Positions 8,562-18,534 of a stretch of 64,000 nt of DNA are shown in pieces. Position 1 is the stretch's first letter, and each line of letters opens with the position of its first letter. Location: contig JBAXPX010000001.1 in assembly GCA_037132055.1 (NCBI GenBank), forward strand, positions 5,424 to 69,423. The letters run 5' to 3'. The translations under genes and the position numbers were made by a program. A model generated the notes under the pieces. The model worked only from the letters and a program-made list of their open reading frames with translations, was not told the DNA's origin and ran no database searches. Source of the DNA: a bacterium (GTDB lineage: Bacteria > Patescibacteriota > Minisyncoccia > Phycocordibacterales > UBA9973).

Positions 8562-9684
8562 CTCTCGGCAAGAGTGGGTTCAAACGAGTTACAACTTCAT
8601 AATTTATAGTATCTATTTTTTTGGCGATATCTTCTGCTGTTATTTCTTTATCTCCTTGCTTACCTATAAGTACAACTTCATCTTCTATGGATATATCTTT
8701 CAAGTGAGTTACATCTACCACAAACATATTCATTGCTACTCGCCCTAAAATTTTACATTTTGTACCTTTTATTAAAATTTCTCCAATATTTGATAATCCT
8801 CTATCGTATCCATCGGCATAACCTATAGGCACCACAGCTATTTTAATGGGTTCATAAGTCATATAAGTCAAACCATAACCCACAGTATGCCCTGCTGGTA
8901 AATTTTTTACTTGAGCAACCTTCGTTTTAAAAGATAATACTGGTTTTAATTCAAGTTTTTCCTTATATAGATATTTTATATGCTCACTCGGCCACAAGCC
9001 ATATATCCCTATACCTAAACGGACAAAAGTATTTAAACTTTTGTTTTTTTCATAAACTAAAAGCCCGGAAGTGGCTGAAATATGGGTTTGTAAATTTTTA
9101 AAGCCAAATTTTTCTGCTAATTTTATTGCTTCTTCATATTTTTTTATTTGTTTTTGTGCATGGGTGAAATTGTTTGTGTCTTCTATGTTTGCAAAGTGCG
9201 CATATAAACCAGTAAGTTTTACATTTTTACAATTTTTTACTTCTTTGAAGAATTCTTCTAATTCTTCTTTCATAAATCCTTCTCTCCCTAAATACGCATC
9301 TACTGATGCATGAACTTCTTGTTTTATTTTTAATTTTTTAGCTAGCTCATTTATTTCTTTTAATTTTTCAATAGAAAAAACGGACAAAATACAATCGAGT
9401 TTTATGGCTTCAGACAAATCTTCTTTTTGAATATAACCCAAAACAAATGTCTTTTTCTTTGTTACTTTTCGCAATAATTTAAGCTCTGAAAAACTATTTA
9501 CTTGAAAATAATCAGAATGTGGTTCTAAAATTTTAGCGACTTCATTTTGCCCATGACCATACGCATTCCCTTTTATTACTGCAATAATCTTCGTATTTTT
9601 TGATACTGATTTTAGTGCTTTGAAATTGTGTATCAAATTTTTCTCAGATAACTCTATATAAGAAATAGGCAAGTTTTTTTGCAT
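8551..9684 (-). CDS. alr: Alanine racemase
   Basis: PLP-lysine motif AVIKGNAYGHG. Confidence 0.8.
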   Translation of the reverse strand: MQKNLPISYIELSEKNLIHNFKALKSVSKNTKIIAVIKGNAYGHGQNEVAKILEPHSDYFQVNSFSELKLLRKVTKKKTFVLGYIQKEDLSEAIKLDCILSVFSIEKLKEINELAKKLKIKQEVHASVDAYLGREGFMKEELEEFFKEVKNCKNVKLTGLYAHFANIEDTNNFTHAQKQIKKYEEAIKLAEKFGFKNLQTHISATSGLLVYEKNKSLNTFVRLGIGIYGLWPSEHIKYLYKEKLELKPVLSFKTKVAQVKNLPAGHTVGYGLTYMTYEPIKIAVVPIGYADGYDRGLSNIGEILIKGTKCKILGRVAMNMFVVDVTHLKDISIEDEVVLIGKQGDKEITAEDIAKKIDTINYEVVTRLNPLLPRVIV

Positions 9685-9688
9685 CTTA

Positions 9689-10777
9689 TTAAACAGTAGT
9701 TTTTAATTTTTGGTCTCTTTTAAATCGTGCTATAGCAAGGTCAATCAATTTATCTAAGAGTTTCGGTAAGGAAAGTCCAGATGCTTCCCACATTTTTGGA
9801 TACATACTTATCGCTGTAAAACCAGGTAATGTATTTATTTCATTCACGATAATTTTATTATTTTTTGTCACAAAAAAATCTACTCGTCCCATACCTTCAC
9901 AACTTAAAGTTTTAAAAACTTTTACAGCCATCATTTGTATTTCTTTTATTGTCTTTTTGGGTAATTCTGCGGGTATCTTGCATACTGATTTATCGTCTAT
10001 ATATTTTGAATTATAAGAATAAAAATCAGCATTTGAAATTATTTCTCCAGGCAGAGATGCCAAAGGATTTTCATTTCCCAAAACAGAGCATTCTATTTCC
10101 CTACCATTGATATTTTCTTCAATGACAACTTTATTATCATACTGAAATGCATCTTTTAACCCAGCATAAAATTCTTTTTCGTTTTTTACTTTATGAATAC
10201 CAACCGAAGATCCAAGATTGGCAGGTTTAATAAATAAAGGTAAACCTAATTTTTTTGAAATTTCTTTAAATGAAATCTTCGCTGTTTTTTCCACTGCTAT
10301 AAATTTACCAATCGGAATACCAGCTTCTCGAAAAAGTCTTTTCATCACGTCTTTATCCATTCCGACAGCCGAACCAAGCACGCTCGGACCAATAAAAGGT
10401 ATTCCAGCCAATTTTAAAAATCCCTGCATACTACCATCCTCACCAAATGGACCATGCAATACTGGGAAAATAACGTCTAGTTTTTCACAGTTTTTCAAAT
10501 CACGCATACTCACTAAAGCACCAGATCCCTCGGTAGTAAGAATTACTTCATTATTTGATTTATTGAGTTTGATTAGTTTTGGGTCATTATTATTTAATAA
10601 ATAATTTGAAATATTACCCAATAACCACTTGCCATTTTTATCTATACCAATCGGTATAATTTCATATTTCTTCTTATCTAAAAAATTAATAACATTTTTA
10701 GCAGACTGCAAAGAAACTTCGTGCTCTGCAGATTTACCACCGAAAAGTACGCCTATTTTTAGCTTCTTTTTTGCCAT
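9689..10777 (-). CDS. ddl: D-alanine--D-alanine ligase
   Basis: KIGVLFGGKSAEHEVSLQSA at the N-terminus and an ATP-grasp C-terminus. Confidence 0.85.
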   Translation of the reverse strand: MAKKKLKIGVLFGGKSAEHEVSLQSAKNVINFLDKKKYEIIPIGIDKNGKWLLGNISNYLLNNNDPKLIKLNKSNNEVILTTEGSGALVSMRDLKNCEKLDVIFPVLHGPFGEDGSMQGFLKLAGIPFIGPSVLGSAVGMDKDVMKRLFREAGIPIGKFIAVEKTAKISFKEISKKLGLPLFIKPANLGSSVGIHKVKNEKEFYAGLKDAFQYDNKVVIEENINGREIECSVLGNENPLASLPGEIISNADFYSYNSKYIDDKSVCKIPAELPKKTIKEIQMMAVKVFKTLSCEGMGRVDFFVTKNNKIIVNEINTLPGFTAISMYPKMWEASGLSLPKLLDKLIDLAIARFKRDQKLKTTV

Positions 10778-10860
10778 TTTTCCAGTATAACATTTCTGTT
10801 TAGAAATAAAAATATAGCTTAAATATCAACACTTTTGTCCGATCGTCTAAAAATGTTATT

Positions 10861-12582
10861 TTAATATACTTCTTGTTGGTAACATCTTTCACAATAAATA
10901 ATCTCTGGTCTATCTGGAGCGTAACTTGTTTCAAATTCATTGAAACATCCTTCTCTCATGCATTTTCGATGCCAGAGTTTTGGAGGTAATATTTTTGCAA
11001 ATCTTTCATAGTATCTGCAATTAGAACATTTGTTTGGAATTGGAATGTTGTGTTTTTTATAAAACTGAAACTCATCTTTGGTTAAACGAAAAGCTGTCAT
11101 ACATTGATGGTTGCACTTGCCTTCATCCAAGCAACCTAAAACTTCATCAAGAATTTCTTCTTTCACATCTTTGATATTATCTGGGATATCTTCGGCTTTA
11201 ATACTAATTGTATAATTTTTTGGCTCAGGGTCTTTCCATCTATATCCCATTTTTAATGCTTCTTCTTTGGTAAGTGGTAAAAAATCCTGCGCACAAGTTT
11301 CGTTATACGCGAACGCAGATAATTCTATGGGGAAAAATTCCCCATACTTATATACCCTCCCACCTTTATCAATATATGGCATTTCTTCCATGTGTTTTTT
11401 AATCTTTTTAATTAGTTCTTCATATTCTTTTTTCTTATATATTTTATTTAAAATCACATTTTCTTTATTTTTTATACTTATACACCCAAAAAGTTTTTTT
11501 GATGACATGCAATATTCTAGATACTCTCCATCTCGAACCTGATTCATTGCTGAGTATGAAAATTTAACATTATAATCATTCAAACATCCGGTAGTATACT
11601 CATATATTAGCTCTGACCATCCACCAAAAAATGTGTCCAAGGAATCTTTCATTCCAATAGAACGATAATTATATTTTAAATTTTCACTATTAGAACACTC
11701 AAAACAATCTTTGCAATTCTTCGCGTTTAACAAATTATTCCCTGTAGAATCAACTGATTTTGTGATATTAGCAAAACGATAGATAGCTTTTTTACAAAGA
11801 TCATCAAATTCTTTTATTAAAATTCCTCTAGATTTTCTACTTCCTAAATTTAACTTTTCAATCTCCTTAAAATAATCTTCCTTAGAATATTTCTTATTTC
11901 TAAAATAAAATTCTTTATTTCTTAAGTTAGAAGAGAGGACGCAATTACTACAATTTACGCAATCAATTAAAAAATACGAATCTAGACAGTTCCTCGAAAG
12001 AATAAGATTTTGAGAATTATAATTTTTTTCACACTCAATATTTTCATATAAACCGTTCGACTCTATTATGTTATAACTATCTAAGATATCATATGATTTA
12101 TCAACAATTCTTGAATAGAATATGTTTTCTGATCCTAAAACAACTGAAGTGGATAAATAAACATTTTTTGACTCACCTACCATATTTGAATAAGGAGAAT
12201 TCAAAGTACTTCTCTGCCAAAGACCAAGGCGAGGAACAACAAGAGAAAGATCTTTCCATTGCTCAAAAAAGTTTTTAGAAAAGTCATAATCACGCCCGTA
12301 GGAAGTCGCATCCCAATTATCAGAATACCAGCATTCTTTGCAATATACAGGGGAAATAGCATCTTTGGGATACATAGATATCATATCTTTTTGACATAAA
12401 TCACAAGCGCGTTTATATAAAGTCCGTTCATTCCGCCAAGTCATTCGTCTTTGGAATCTGCATTCTGGACAAAATGTCGGAGGAGGAACTTTTATGCGTT
12501 CATAAAATCCAAAATCATCACTAGTTATTTCAAAATTTGTTTTGCAATTCTGACATTCTTTATTCATAGACCATCTATCCAT
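10861..12582 (-). CDS. Large cysteine-rich zinc-ribbon repeat protein (intact copy), function unknown
   Basis: 573 aa with more than 40 Cys in CxxC and CxxCxxC arrays. N- and C-terminal modules share an internally duplicated zinc-ribbon motif (FxITxDDFxFYE..VPPPTFCPECR and FRLTKDEFQFYKKHNIPIPNKCSNCR). It is paralogous to the split copy at 12820-14568. Confidence 0.6.
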   Translation of the reverse strand: MDRWSMNKECQNCKTNFEITSDDFGFYERIKVPPPTFCPECRFQRRMTWRNERTLYKRACDLCQKDMISMYPKDAISPVYCKECWYSDNWDATSYGRDYDFSKNFFEQWKDLSLVVPRLGLWQRSTLNSPYSNMVGESKNVYLSTSVVLGSENIFYSRIVDKSYDILDSYNIIESNGLYENIECEKNYNSQNLILSRNCLDSYFLIDCVNCSNCVLSSNLRNKEFYFRNKKYSKEDYFKEIEKLNLGSRKSRGILIKEFDDLCKKAIYRFANITKSVDSTGNNLLNAKNCKDCFECSNSENLKYNYRSIGMKDSLDTFFGGWSELIYEYTTGCLNDYNVKFSYSAMNQVRDGEYLEYCMSSKKLFGCISIKNKENVILNKIYKKKEYEELIKKIKKHMEEMPYIDKGGRVYKYGEFFPIELSAFAYNETCAQDFLPLTKEEALKMGYRWKDPEPKNYTISIKAEDIPDNIKDVKEEILDEVLGCLDEGKCNHQCMTAFRLTKDEFQFYKKHNIPIPNKCSNCRYYERFAKILPPKLWHRKCMREGCFNEFETSYAPDRPEIIYCERCYQQEVY

Positions 12583-12803
12583 CTAAAAAATCTGGCTTCT
12601 AATTTTAGATATTTACCCTCCATCTTTTTAAACCACTTTGTTAATGATTTTATCTTTCCTTCATCTCTCAAGATTCCATACACAAAAACAGAAAAAGCTA
12701 TAAAAAGACCCAGTAATGCTAAAATAAACATAACTGTAAAATTAAAATAATACCATACCATTCCTGCCACAATTAATACCAATAAAACAGCTCTTAAATC
12801 CAT
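12564..12803 (-). CDS. Small two-helix membrane protein, unknown function
   Basis: 79 aa, strongly hydrophobic, lying between the two cysteine-rich paralogs and overlapping the start of the downstream gene. Confidence 0.4.
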   Translation of the reverse strand: MDLRAVLLVLIVAGMVWYYFNFTVMFILALLGLFIAFSVFVYGILRDEGKIKSLTKWFKKMEGKYLKLEARFFRWIDGL

Positions 12804-12819
12804 ATTTTTATATTATATA

Positions 12820-14568
12820 CTAATAAACTTCTTGTTGATAACAACGTTTGCAATAAACTATTTCTGGTCTTTCGGGATTATAACTTGTTTCAAACTCATT
12901 TTTACATTGACCTTCGTGTCCATGGTTTGATTCCTCACACACGCAAGCTCTATGCCAGAGTTTAAGTGGTTGACGTTTTAAAAGTCTTTCATAATTACGG
13001 CAATTAGGGCAAAGAGTTGGTAGTGGTATATTGTTTGCTCGATAAAAAGAAAGTTCATTTGGAATAATTTTAAAAGCAGTCGTACATTGTTGATTGCATT
13101 TTCCTTCATGCGCACAAGCAATCACTTCATTTAAAATATCATCGCTGACCAAATTAATGCTCCCTGGTAATTCATTAGATAATACTGTAGGAATATAATT
13201 TTTTGTATCTGGCTCTTTCCAATTATAACCAATAGCTAGAACTTCTTCTTTAGTTTTTGGGAAAAATTGTTGAGCTATTGTTTCATTATAAGCAAAAGGC
13301 AACATATCACATGGAAAATATTCTCCATAACGCAAGACTCTGCCTTTTTTGTCAGTAAATGGTAAAGAGTTCATTTGTTCTTTTATTTTTGGAACCAATT
13401 CTTCATATTCCTCCCTTGAATACTGTTTATTTAAAATACAATATTGTTTTTTATGAAGCCCAACACATCCAAATAAATTTGAAGAAGAACGGCAATTGAT
13501 GCAATATTCTGCTTTTATTAGTTGATCCCAAGATTCATTACAAAATAAAACTGACGAGCATTGTCTACCAATACTACAAGATTCATAAATGAGTTCACTT
13601 CCGAGTCCCCAATAGGTGTAATCCATAACGTCTTTTGCCTTAAAAATGCCATATAAATATTTTCCATCTTCAACTTCATCACAATTGAAAGACATTTTGA
13701 CTGTTTTTGAATTTTCAATCCAATTTCCTGAGGAATTTACTGAATGATGCTCTACCATACATGGAACAATATATTTCAAAGACTCTTGTGTCACTTTTTC
13801 TTTTATTCTTTCAAAATCGACTCTGTTATAAATTTTAAATTCAGAAATTTTTTGTAAATATTCTTCTCTTCCATACTATTTGTTAAAAATGCAATAGTTT
13901 TTATTTCTTAAGTTAGTACACCCAAAGCAATTCTGACAATTTCGACAATTTAACAAAAAGTATGAATCAATGCACTCATTACACTCTCTAGAGTATTTCA
14001 AGCCGTTACAATTATAGCAATCAATGCATTCATAACATTTTTCGCATTTGTGAATGTTGTAGCAATCCATACAATTTTTTGTATCCCAATACGAATCTCC
14101 ATACAAACAGTCTTCGTTTCTATTGCTAGCAAAAATAAGATAGCAGTTTTTCAAATCACTCACTCGATTGGCATACTCACTGTTTGTATTAAAACCTTGT
14201 CTTATTATTCCGAGCCGTGGCACATCTTTGAATAATTCTTCATATTGTTCAAAAAAGGTTTGGGAAAAGTTAAAATCTCTTCCATATTCTATTCCATCAA
14301 AATCATCAGAATGAAAACACTCGAAACAATAAACTTTATATTGACTGTCTTTTGGATAAATTAATATTTTTTCTTCGCCGCACGAATCACATTCTCGTTT
14401 ATAAAGAGCCCTTTCATTTCGCATTATTAAGCGTCGAATTAACCGACATTCCGGACAAAAAGTCGGTGGAGGAACTTTAATCTTTTCGTAGAAATTAAAA
14501 TCTTCAGGCTCTATAGTGAAAGAACCACGACAGTTTTGACATATTACATTTTGTGGTTCATGCTCCAT
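12820..14568 (-). pseudogene. Second copy of the cysteine-rich zinc-ribbon protein, interrupted by an in-frame TAG
   Basis: ORFs 13876-14568 (N-terminal part) and 12820-13794 (C-terminal part) are collinear with the intact paralog. The frame continues across the stop (…NLRNKNYCIFNK*YGREEYLQKISEFK…), and the TAG aligns with an AAG Lys codon in the paralog. Confidence 0.6.
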
Positions 14569-14866
14569 ATCTTTTTTGTCCCGATCCCGACTCTTTGAGT
14601 CGTGGATCGTGGATCCTCGATTCCTTAAAATTTATTAATTTCTCAATAGCTGCGCGCTTCTTCCAGCTTTTCACTTGATATTCTCTTTTTCTCGCTTCTG
14701 ATAATGTTTTATACTCTTCAGTATATACGATTTTCCAAGGTAAATGAACCTTCGTAGATTTTACTAAGCCTGAATTATGCTGATTAAATCTCTTGTTAAT
14801 ATCCGCGCAGCTACCTACATAATACCTCCCATCTTTTATTGAATTTAGTATGTAAAGGTAAAACAT
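14558..14866 (-). CDS. Small stand-alone GIY-YIG nuclease-family protein (YhbQ-like)
   Basis: YLYILNSIKDGRYYVGSCADINKRFNQHN…KREYQVKSWKKRAAIEKLI. The C-terminal ~20 residues are encoded by a degenerate copy of the intergenic repeat GAGTCGTGGATC. Confidence 0.7.
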   Translation of the reverse strand: MFYLYILNSIKDGRYYVGSCADINKRFNQHNSGLVKSTKVHLPWKIVYTEEYKTLSEARKREYQVKSWKKRAAIEKLINFKESRIHDPRLKESGSGQKRYGA

Positions 14867-14924
14867 ATAAATTTTAGGAATCGGGACAGTTCTGACAGGA
14901 TTTTATTTATGCCTCCATAAAAAA

Positions 14925-16064
14925 TTAAAATAGTTTAATTACATCATGATAAGTGACAAGAAGCATTAAAATAATTAAAATCGCAAAGCCAACCATATTG
15001 GCAGTGTTTGCAATTTTTGGATTTATGCGAGAACCTTTTATTTTTTCAATAAGTAAGAAAAGCAATCTCCCTCCATCGAGAGCAGGAAATGGAATTAAAT
15101 TTATTATTGCTAAATTTACCGATATCAGTGCCATAAATGACATTAAATACACGAAGCCAAATTTATATGCATCCCCCACAATACTCACCATCCCCACAGG
15201 CCCCGTAACTGAAGAAAAGCTTCCTTTTCCCTGTATACCACTCGCTATTAGCGTATAAAGGCCCACCACAGTGCCTTTTGTTACGTTCCAGTCTAACTTT
15301 AAACCTTCCCAAAAAGCTCTTAAAACAGGCAATTTTGCCGTTCCTATAAGATCCATAGCAATACCGATGCTCGGTTTGTCTCCTGCTGTAGCAGAAACAA
15401 GAATCACGTTTGTGGTATATATATTTTTATCTTTTCCGCGAGTATATCCAAATTCTATTTTTTCATTTGGATGAGATACGATAAAGGACTTTAATGTATC
15501 AGGATTTAAATCAACAAGAAGAGAGTCTTTACCGCTTTTTACTGAAACAATTTTATCACCTCCCTTTATGCCCGCATTTTCAGCTGGGGATTTTGGAAGT
15601 ACTGAAACAATAACTAAATTTACATTTTCAAGGGTATATCCTTTTGGCTGACTACTAACCGAAGTAGGAAGTCCAGAAATAAAACAAATAGAAAATAAGA
15701 ACCAAGCTAATAAAAAATTGGCAAAAATACCAGCAAATAATACGATAGCTTGTTTGTATTTTGGCTTACTTATCAAACTTCTTTCAAAATCAACCTTTTG
15801 GGGTGTTTCTTTTTTATCTAAAAATCCAACTTCTACTAGATCGGCTTCGTCTATGTTTTCACCAAAAATTTTCACAAATCCACCAAAAGGCAAGGCGTTT
15901 ATTGAATATTCAGTTTCTCCTCGTTTCCAACTAAATAATTTTGGTGGAAAACCAAAACCAAATTCATCAACCCTGATACCAAATCTTTTCGCAGTAAAAA
16001 AATGCCCAAATTCATGAACTAAAACCAAGACTAGTAGAATTATAACAAAAATTAAAATATTCAT
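14925..16064 (-). CDS. rseP: RseP-type site-2 zinc metalloprotease (M50) with PDZ domain
   Basis: HEFGHFFTAK HExxH motif in the first TM helix, with a C-terminal LDGG region. Confidence 0.8.
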   Translation of the reverse strand: MNILIFVIILLVLVLVHEFGHFFTAKRFGIRVDEFGFGFPPKLFSWKRGETEYSINALPFGGFVKIFGENIDEADLVEVGFLDKKETPQKVDFERSLISKPKYKQAIVLFAGIFANFLLAWFLFSICFISGLPTSVSSQPKGYTLENVNLVIVSVLPKSPAENAGIKGGDKIVSVKSGKDSLLVDLNPDTLKSFIVSHPNEKIEFGYTRGKDKNIYTTNVILVSATAGDKPSIGIAMDLIGTAKLPVLRAFWEGLKLDWNVTKGTVVGLYTLIASGIQGKGSFSSVTGPVGMVSIVGDAYKFGFVYLMSFMALISVNLAIINLIPFPALDGGRLLFLLIEKIKGSRINPKIANTANMVGFAILIILMLLVTYHDVIKLF

Positions 16065-16074
16065 ATTTTACTTA

Positions 16075-16626
16075 TTAACCTAAAACCTCTTTTTCTTTTT
16101 TTGAAAAAGTATTCTCCAAGTTTTTATTAGCTTCATCTACTATTTTTTGTAATTCGTCTTTCGCTCGGATTTTTTCGTCTTCTGTCATTTTCCCATCACG
16201 TTCTTGTTTTTGAATCTCTTCCCAGATTTGTCCTCGCTCCCTACGAAGAGTAATACGTGCTTCTTCTAATTTCTCTTTTATAACTTTTACGAGTTTTTGT
16301 CTTGTTTCTGTTGTAAGTTGAGGAAAAATAACACGTATACCAGAATCATCAGTAGCTACAGAAAGCCCCAAATCTGCTACTGTGATAGCTTTTTCAATTG
16401 GTTTTATGTGATTCTTGTCCCAAGGAGCAACTCGTAGTGTTTTTGTGTCTTCTATTGATATAGAGGCAACATTTTTGATTGGTTGCATCGCTCCATATGA
16501 CTCAACAGAAACACCATCCAACACCATAGGAGATGCACGTCCAGTGGAAAGCTGGCTGTATTCTTTGCCTAAAAAATCATCTATCTTTTTAAGACCTACT
16601 TTAAAGTTTGAAAAATTATATTGCAT
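16075..16626 (-). CDS. frr: Ribosome recycling factor
   Basis: Full-length RRF homology. The start was moved to the internal Met (MQYNFSNF…) to give the typical length of about 184 aa. Confidence 0.8.
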   Translation of the reverse strand: MQYNFSNFKVGLKKIDDFLGKEYSQLSTGRASPMVLDGVSVESYGAMQPIKNVASISIEDTKTLRVAPWDKNHIKPIEKAITVADLGLSVATDDSGIRVIFPQLTTETRQKLVKVIKEKLEEARITLRRERGQIWEEIQKQERDGKMTEDEKIRAKDELQKIVDEANKNLENTFSKKEKEVLG

Positions 16627-16645
16627 AGCTTTATTATAGCAAATA

Positions 16646-17386
16646 TTAAAAAGTTGGCACAGACAAGGCAACAGACTCCATTAGGCTCTTTTGCGATGAA
16701 CCCGGCTGATTAATAAAAACTCTTACTTTAAAAATCTGATAAAAATAATCAATTTCTCCAGTGAGAGCTTTAGGCTCTTTCTGAGGACCTAAGGCTTTCA
16801 CTAACTTTTGATGTAAAACCATTTCAAGTGCATTAAGAAATTTTAGGGCTTTTGATTTTGAAGTCTTTGTGTTTATGCCTAGATCTTTCTCATTATTTTC
16901 GTCAATCAATAAGTCTTTTATAAAAGAAATTCTATCTTTTAAATTCATTTTTATAAATTTTTCTACGTCTTTTATGTAATCATCTATATTTATCTTTGAT
17001 TTAATCAAATAAAATCTAGAAATGAAAGTTCCTAGGAGAGTGTTAGAATCCGGAACTATGACAAAAAAGTGGGTATTCTCTATTGGCTCTTCAAACATTT
17101 TAAGTAAAGTATTCTGTGCCTCCAATAAAAAACTATTTGCTGAAATTATATATATCTTTTTTCCTTTAGAAAACCCCTTCTCCAAACTTTTTGATTTTAA
17201 ATTTCTAGCATCTTCTATTTTAAAAGAATCAAATGTCATGTGACAAAAATCAGGATTGCTCGATGTTTCTAATCCGATCTCATTTAAAAATTTTAAAATT
17301 TGAGGAACTATTTCTTCATGTATACCCTCTATCAAGTATGCATGGTGTAAATTATTTTTATCTAAATTTTTATTAATTAAATTCAT
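16646..17386 (-). CDS. holB: DNA polymerase III delta' subunit-like protein
   Basis: HHAYLIEG near the N-terminus, NTLLKMFEEP and ISRF motifs; no intact P-loop, as is usual for delta'. Confidence 0.5.
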   Translation of the reverse strand: MNLINKNLDKNNLHHAYLIEGIHEEIVPQILKFLNEIGLETSSNPDFCHMTFDSFKIEDARNLKSKSLEKGFSKGKKIYIISANSFLLEAQNTLLKMFEEPIENTHFFVIVPDSNTLLGTFISRFYLIKSKINIDDYIKDVEKFIKMNLKDRISFIKDLLIDENNEKDLGINTKTSKSKALKFLNALEMVLHQKLVKALGPQKEPKALTGEIDYFYQIFKVRVFINQPGSSQKSLMESVALSVPTF

Positions 17387-17432
17387 ATTTTCTAGGTTCT
17401 AAAAGAGAATGATTGGCTACTAGCACCTAATT

Positions 17433-18446
17433 TTATCTCTTAGTTAAAACAGTTTTTTTATACACATCTAGGTGCTCGAGAGCTATGCCCGTACCCTTTG
17501 CCACACAAAACAATGCATCTTCTGCGATAGTAGCTTTCACTCCTGTTTTTCTGTAAACTAAATCAGCTAAATTCCTAAGTAATGATGAACCACCAGTCAT
17601 AATAATCCCATGATCGATAATGTCGGACGCAAGTTCTGGCGGAGTTTCTTGTAATACATCTTTTATCGCTTTTATAACTTGTTTTAATTCGTTGTCTATG
17701 GCTTTTACTATTTCATTGGTACCAACCTGAACAGAACGAGGTAATCCTTGTATAAAATCACGCCCTTTAATTGTCACACGAAGTTCTTCTTCTAAGTGCA
17801 CGGCTGCTCCAATTTTTATTTTTACTTCTTCTGCGGTTTTATCGCCTATTGCCAGATTAAAAGTTTTTTTAATATAATCTGCTATTGCTTGATCTATTTT
17901 ATTCCCAGCACATTTTACAGAAGTTGAAGCAACAATACCTCCGAGAGAAATAACTGCAACATCAGTAGTTCCACCTCCTATGTCGACTACCATATATCCT
18001 TTTGATTCATGAATTGGAATTCCAGCACCAATCGCCGCGAGAATGGGCTCTTTCACTACGTATGCATTTTTTGCACCTGCACGTATCGCTGCTTCAACGA
18101 CAGCTCTTCTTTCAGTAGAAGTAACTCCCGCTGGAACAGAAACCATAACATCTGGCTTAAAGAAATTAAACTTACCCATAGCTTTGTTTATAAAATATCT
18201 AAGCATAGCCTCGGTTACCCGATAGTCAGCAATAACTCCATCTTTCATTGGACAATATGTAATGATAGATTCTGGTGTTTTTCCTATCATGTCTTTTGCT
18301 TCAAATCCTATAGCTAAGATTTTATTATCCTGTTCGGAAACTGCAACAACTGAAGGCTCATTCAAAACTATTCCCTTGCCAGGTAAAAACACCAAGGTAT
18401 TTGCTGTTCCTAAATCTATCCCCAATTTTTTCGAAAAAATACTCAT
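17433..18446 (-). CDS. mreB: Rod-shape determining actin homologue MreB
   Basis: GIDLGTANTLVF phosphate-1 motif and actin-fold motifs throughout. Confidence 0.85.
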   Translation of the reverse strand: MSIFSKKLGIDLGTANTLVFLPGKGIVLNEPSVVAVSEQDNKILAIGFEAKDMIGKTPESIITYCPMKDGVIADYRVTEAMLRYFINKAMGKFNFFKPDVMVSVPAGVTSTERRAVVEAAIRAGAKNAYVVKEPILAAIGAGIPIHESKGYMVVDIGGGTTDVAVISLGGIVASTSVKCAGNKIDQAIADYIKKTFNLAIGDKTAEEVKIKIGAAVHLEEELRVTIKGRDFIQGLPRSVQVGTNEIVKAIDNELKQVIKAIKDVLQETPPELASDIIDHGIIMTGGSSLLRNLADLVYRKTGVKATIAEDALFCVAKGTGIALEHLDVYKKTVLTKR

Positions 18447-18534
18447 ATGGAGTTAAATATATCACAACTTATGCTAGAATAAAAATACTTATCCCATTGT
18501 AAATTAACGGCAAAATAGTGTTTAATATAAAACC

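Noticed and set aside
11880-12200. The CxxCxxC arrays in the cysteine-rich proteins suggested a possible [4Fe-4S] ferredoxin-like protein.
   Set aside because: The spacing is Cx2Cx2Cx2C without the CP of the ferredoxin CxxCxxCxxxCP motif. The pattern fits zinc-ribbon or knuckle repeats better, so it was called an unknown cysteine-rich family instead.
16627-16671. The 15-codon N-terminal extension of frr (MPCLCQLFNICYNKA), which overlaps holB.
   Set aside because: RRF homology begins at the internal MQYNFSNF. The extension overlaps the upstream gene and has no counterpart in RRF.
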